The notes under the pieces: generated by a model
Told to the model about the DNA's origin: nothing
Database searches by the model: none
What the model saw: only the letters and a program-made list of their open reading frames with translations
Shown: piece after piece, positions 61,732-64,000 of the stretch
Layout of the letters: each line of letters starts with the position of its first letter
Numbering within the stretch: position 1 is the first letter of the stretch
From: Basidiobolus meristosporus CBS 931.73
Lineage: Eukaryota > Fungi > Basidiobolomycota
Assembly (NCBI GenBank): GCA_002104905.1
Contig: MCFE01000453.1
Coordinates: 8,813-72,812, forward strand
DNA length: 64,000 bases
Direction: 5' to 3'
Program-made: the position numbers and the translations under genes

Positions 61732-64000
61732 TGTTGAAATATTGGACTATTTGGTATCATTCAGCAGCTAAAAATTTACTTAACAATTCTAGGCTAGTCT
61801 TAGTCACTGTAGGACTCATTTACTGCCTTAACTTCGCCACTTTCTCCAGATATATGATCTTATGATTATTCCCCTATAGTCAGGATCAAATTAGCACTAT
61901 TACCAAACATTATGTACTAACCCTGAAACTGTTACAGAATGCTCCTGAATATTGAGAAACCCTCCCTACTTAGTGTTGCAGCTGTATTACTTCTACAAAG
62001 GTATAAATACTGAGCTTCTTTATGAATAAACAACAGTTCAACTATTATCACTATTTCTTGATAAGTTCCTTATATCCAAATCACTTCTTAAATTGCAACA
62101 GGTTATGAGCCCCAATTGCCTTAATCTATTCTAAAGATGACTTCTACCAGCAAACAAAGCAATACCAACATCTTCCCTGTAAAGGAGAGGTTTGATGGGA
62201 AGAACTACAGACTTTGGAGAATCAAGATGCAGATCCACCTTGAGGAAAGAAAGCTTTGGAACATAGTAACAGGAAAGGAAGTTGAGCCCAAAGGAACAGC
62301 AGAAGATGTGGAGAAGTTTCAAGAGAAGGAGAGAAAGGCCTTCAATGCAATATGCATCAATGTGCAAGACTCCTTCATTGGACAAATCCATGCCTCAAAT
62401 ACTGCCAAAGCAGCATGGGAATCCTTAGAGAAGATCTTTAGAGCAAAGTCAGTATCAAGCAAGCTTTATTTGAAACGAAAGTTCTTCAACATGAGAAAAA
62501 AGCCAGATGATGACATGCTACAACTCATTACCAGAATGGAGACACTTGCAGAAGAACTTTACAGTATTAATGCTGGTGCAGATGATGAAGAAAAGATACT
62601 CTGTCTGCTTTGCAGCCTACCAGACGAGTATGAGCCACTCATACTTTCTTTTGAAAGCAGAGAAGACAACTTGACTTTAGACTATGTCAAAGGAAGACTT
62701 CTCCATGAAGAACTCAGACGTAATGATCAAGCAGAGAAAATTGAAGATAATGCTTTATTCAGTTCAGAAAGGCATACAGAAAAGAAGGGAAAGCAACAAA
62801 ACCGAAGAAAACCTGGCTGCTGTAACTACTGTAAGAAGCCAGGACACTGGGCAAGAGAATGCAAGAAGAAACAAGCAGATGAAAAACAGAGACTAGAGCA
62901 GGCAAACTTATAACTACTGATGAACAGTTATTTGTCACTGTACAAGAGAGTGCAAGTAACCAAAGTAATGAATGGTATATTGACTCTGGAGCATCACAGC
63001 ATATTTGTGGTGTAAAGGATTGGTTCAGCAACTTAAAGACTATTCCCGTAAGAAAGGTTTATCTGGGAGATAACTCTGCATTGGAAGCTACCGCTAGTGG
63101 GTCTATACAACTAAATATGAGTGATAACTCAGGGGCAACAACAGCAAAACTGACTGACGTACTCTATGTACCTGGAATAGCTAAGAACCTACTCTCAGTC
63201 AGTAAAGCAACTACTCAGGGACTGAAATTCGTTTTTACTAAGCTGAGCTGCTCAATATTGAGTGAAAATGGACAAAAATTAGCTTTGGGAATCAGAGAGC
63301 ACAATATATACAAGTTACAATGCAAGATCATTGTACCTGAGTATGTCAACATTGCTGAAACTGATGAAACCAACTGGGAGACGTGGCATAGGAGGCTAGG
63401 ACACATAGGGGAACAGAAAATGAGCCAATTGGTGAAAAATCAGCTTGTTTTGGGCCTAAAATACTCAATTCCGATCAAATTGAATGTTTGTAAGGGATGT
63501 TCATATGGCAAACAAGCTAGGCAACGTTTCAAGAGCTCAGAAGGCATCAATACCACCGAAATATTGGCTATTGTACACTCAGACATATGTGGCCCCATGA
63601 GAACACTGTCCTTTGGAGCCAAGAGATACTTTATGACGTTTATTGATGACAAGACAAGATATACATAGGTGTACTTCCTCAAAACAAAGGATGAAGCTTT
63701 AGAGACGTTTAAGCACTTCAAGAACATGGCAGAAACACAAACTGGGTGTAAATTGAAGGTACTACGAAGTGACAATGGAGGAGAATACTGCTCAAAGGAT
63801 TTTGCAAAATACTGCTTGTCTACTGGTATACTTCAACAGACCACAGTTCCTCATACTCCACAGCAAAATGGAGTAGCAGAACGTGCAAATAGAACAATAG
63901 TAGAGATGGGAAGATCTATGCTACATGATAAGGGAATGGACTACAAGTTTTGGGCTGAATCTGTTGCTACCGCTGTATACATCAAGAACAGATGCCCAAC
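61732..64000 (+). mobile_element. Relatively young Ty1/copia element: 5' LTR 61732-62100, PBS 62101-62112, gag, protease, GAG-pre-integrase, integrase; runs off the window
   Basis: TGTTG..CAACA-GGTTATGAGCCC; gag with CNYCKKPGHWAREC; WYIDSGASQH; WHRRLGH; CKGC; VHSDICGP; FIDDKTRY; LRSDNGGEY; PQQNGVAER. One frameshift near 62910 and a TGG>TAG stop at 63666. Confidence 0.95.

Noticed and set aside
62905-62915. Possible programmed -1 frameshift between copia gag and pol
   Set aside because: No X XXY YYZ slippery heptamer, and the related copy at 43140-43240 is in frame, so a 1-nt deletion or sequencing error is more likely.
1-64000. tRNA, rRNA or CRISPR arrays
   Set aside because: No cloverleaf, rRNA signature or repeat-spacer array seen by eye; the (T)AGTGCCA array is a transposon subterminal repeat.

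Overview
Eukaryotic, intron-containing fungal DNA. An early-diverging fungus is inferred from the long HAMP array, the relaxed 5' splice sites and the gene set; the sequence alone does not identify the species. The ORF track ignores introns, so gene models were rebuilt by hand. The left part (1-38.4 kb) is CpG-rich and gene-dense: a 5'-truncated group III (NIK1/OS-1) hybrid histidine kinase with at least 10 HAMP-type repeats, a LEA-2-like membrane protein, APN2, SEC14, AHA1, a Git3/cAMP-receptor-like GPCR, a tandem array of four intact six-exon class II O-methyltransferases plus one relic, and a complete PAS-GAF-PHY-HK-REC phytochrome. The right part (about 39.3-64 kb) and an island at about 21.2-24.0 kb are CpG-depleted nests of transposons: several Ty1/copia elements with half-tRNA-Met primer sites, a Ty3/gypsy element, a DIRS/Ngaro-like relic and three copies of a two-gene PHIS (PIF/Harbinger-like) DNA transposon. 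The most striking signal is the intact, apparently young PHIS copy (49940-53341). It sits inverted inside an older copy of itself. Its transposase gene contains no CpG at all (all about 28 Arg codons are AGA/AGG), while its partner gene, promoter and left end keep CpG clusters that have decayed to TpG/CpA in the sister copies. All counts were made by eye.
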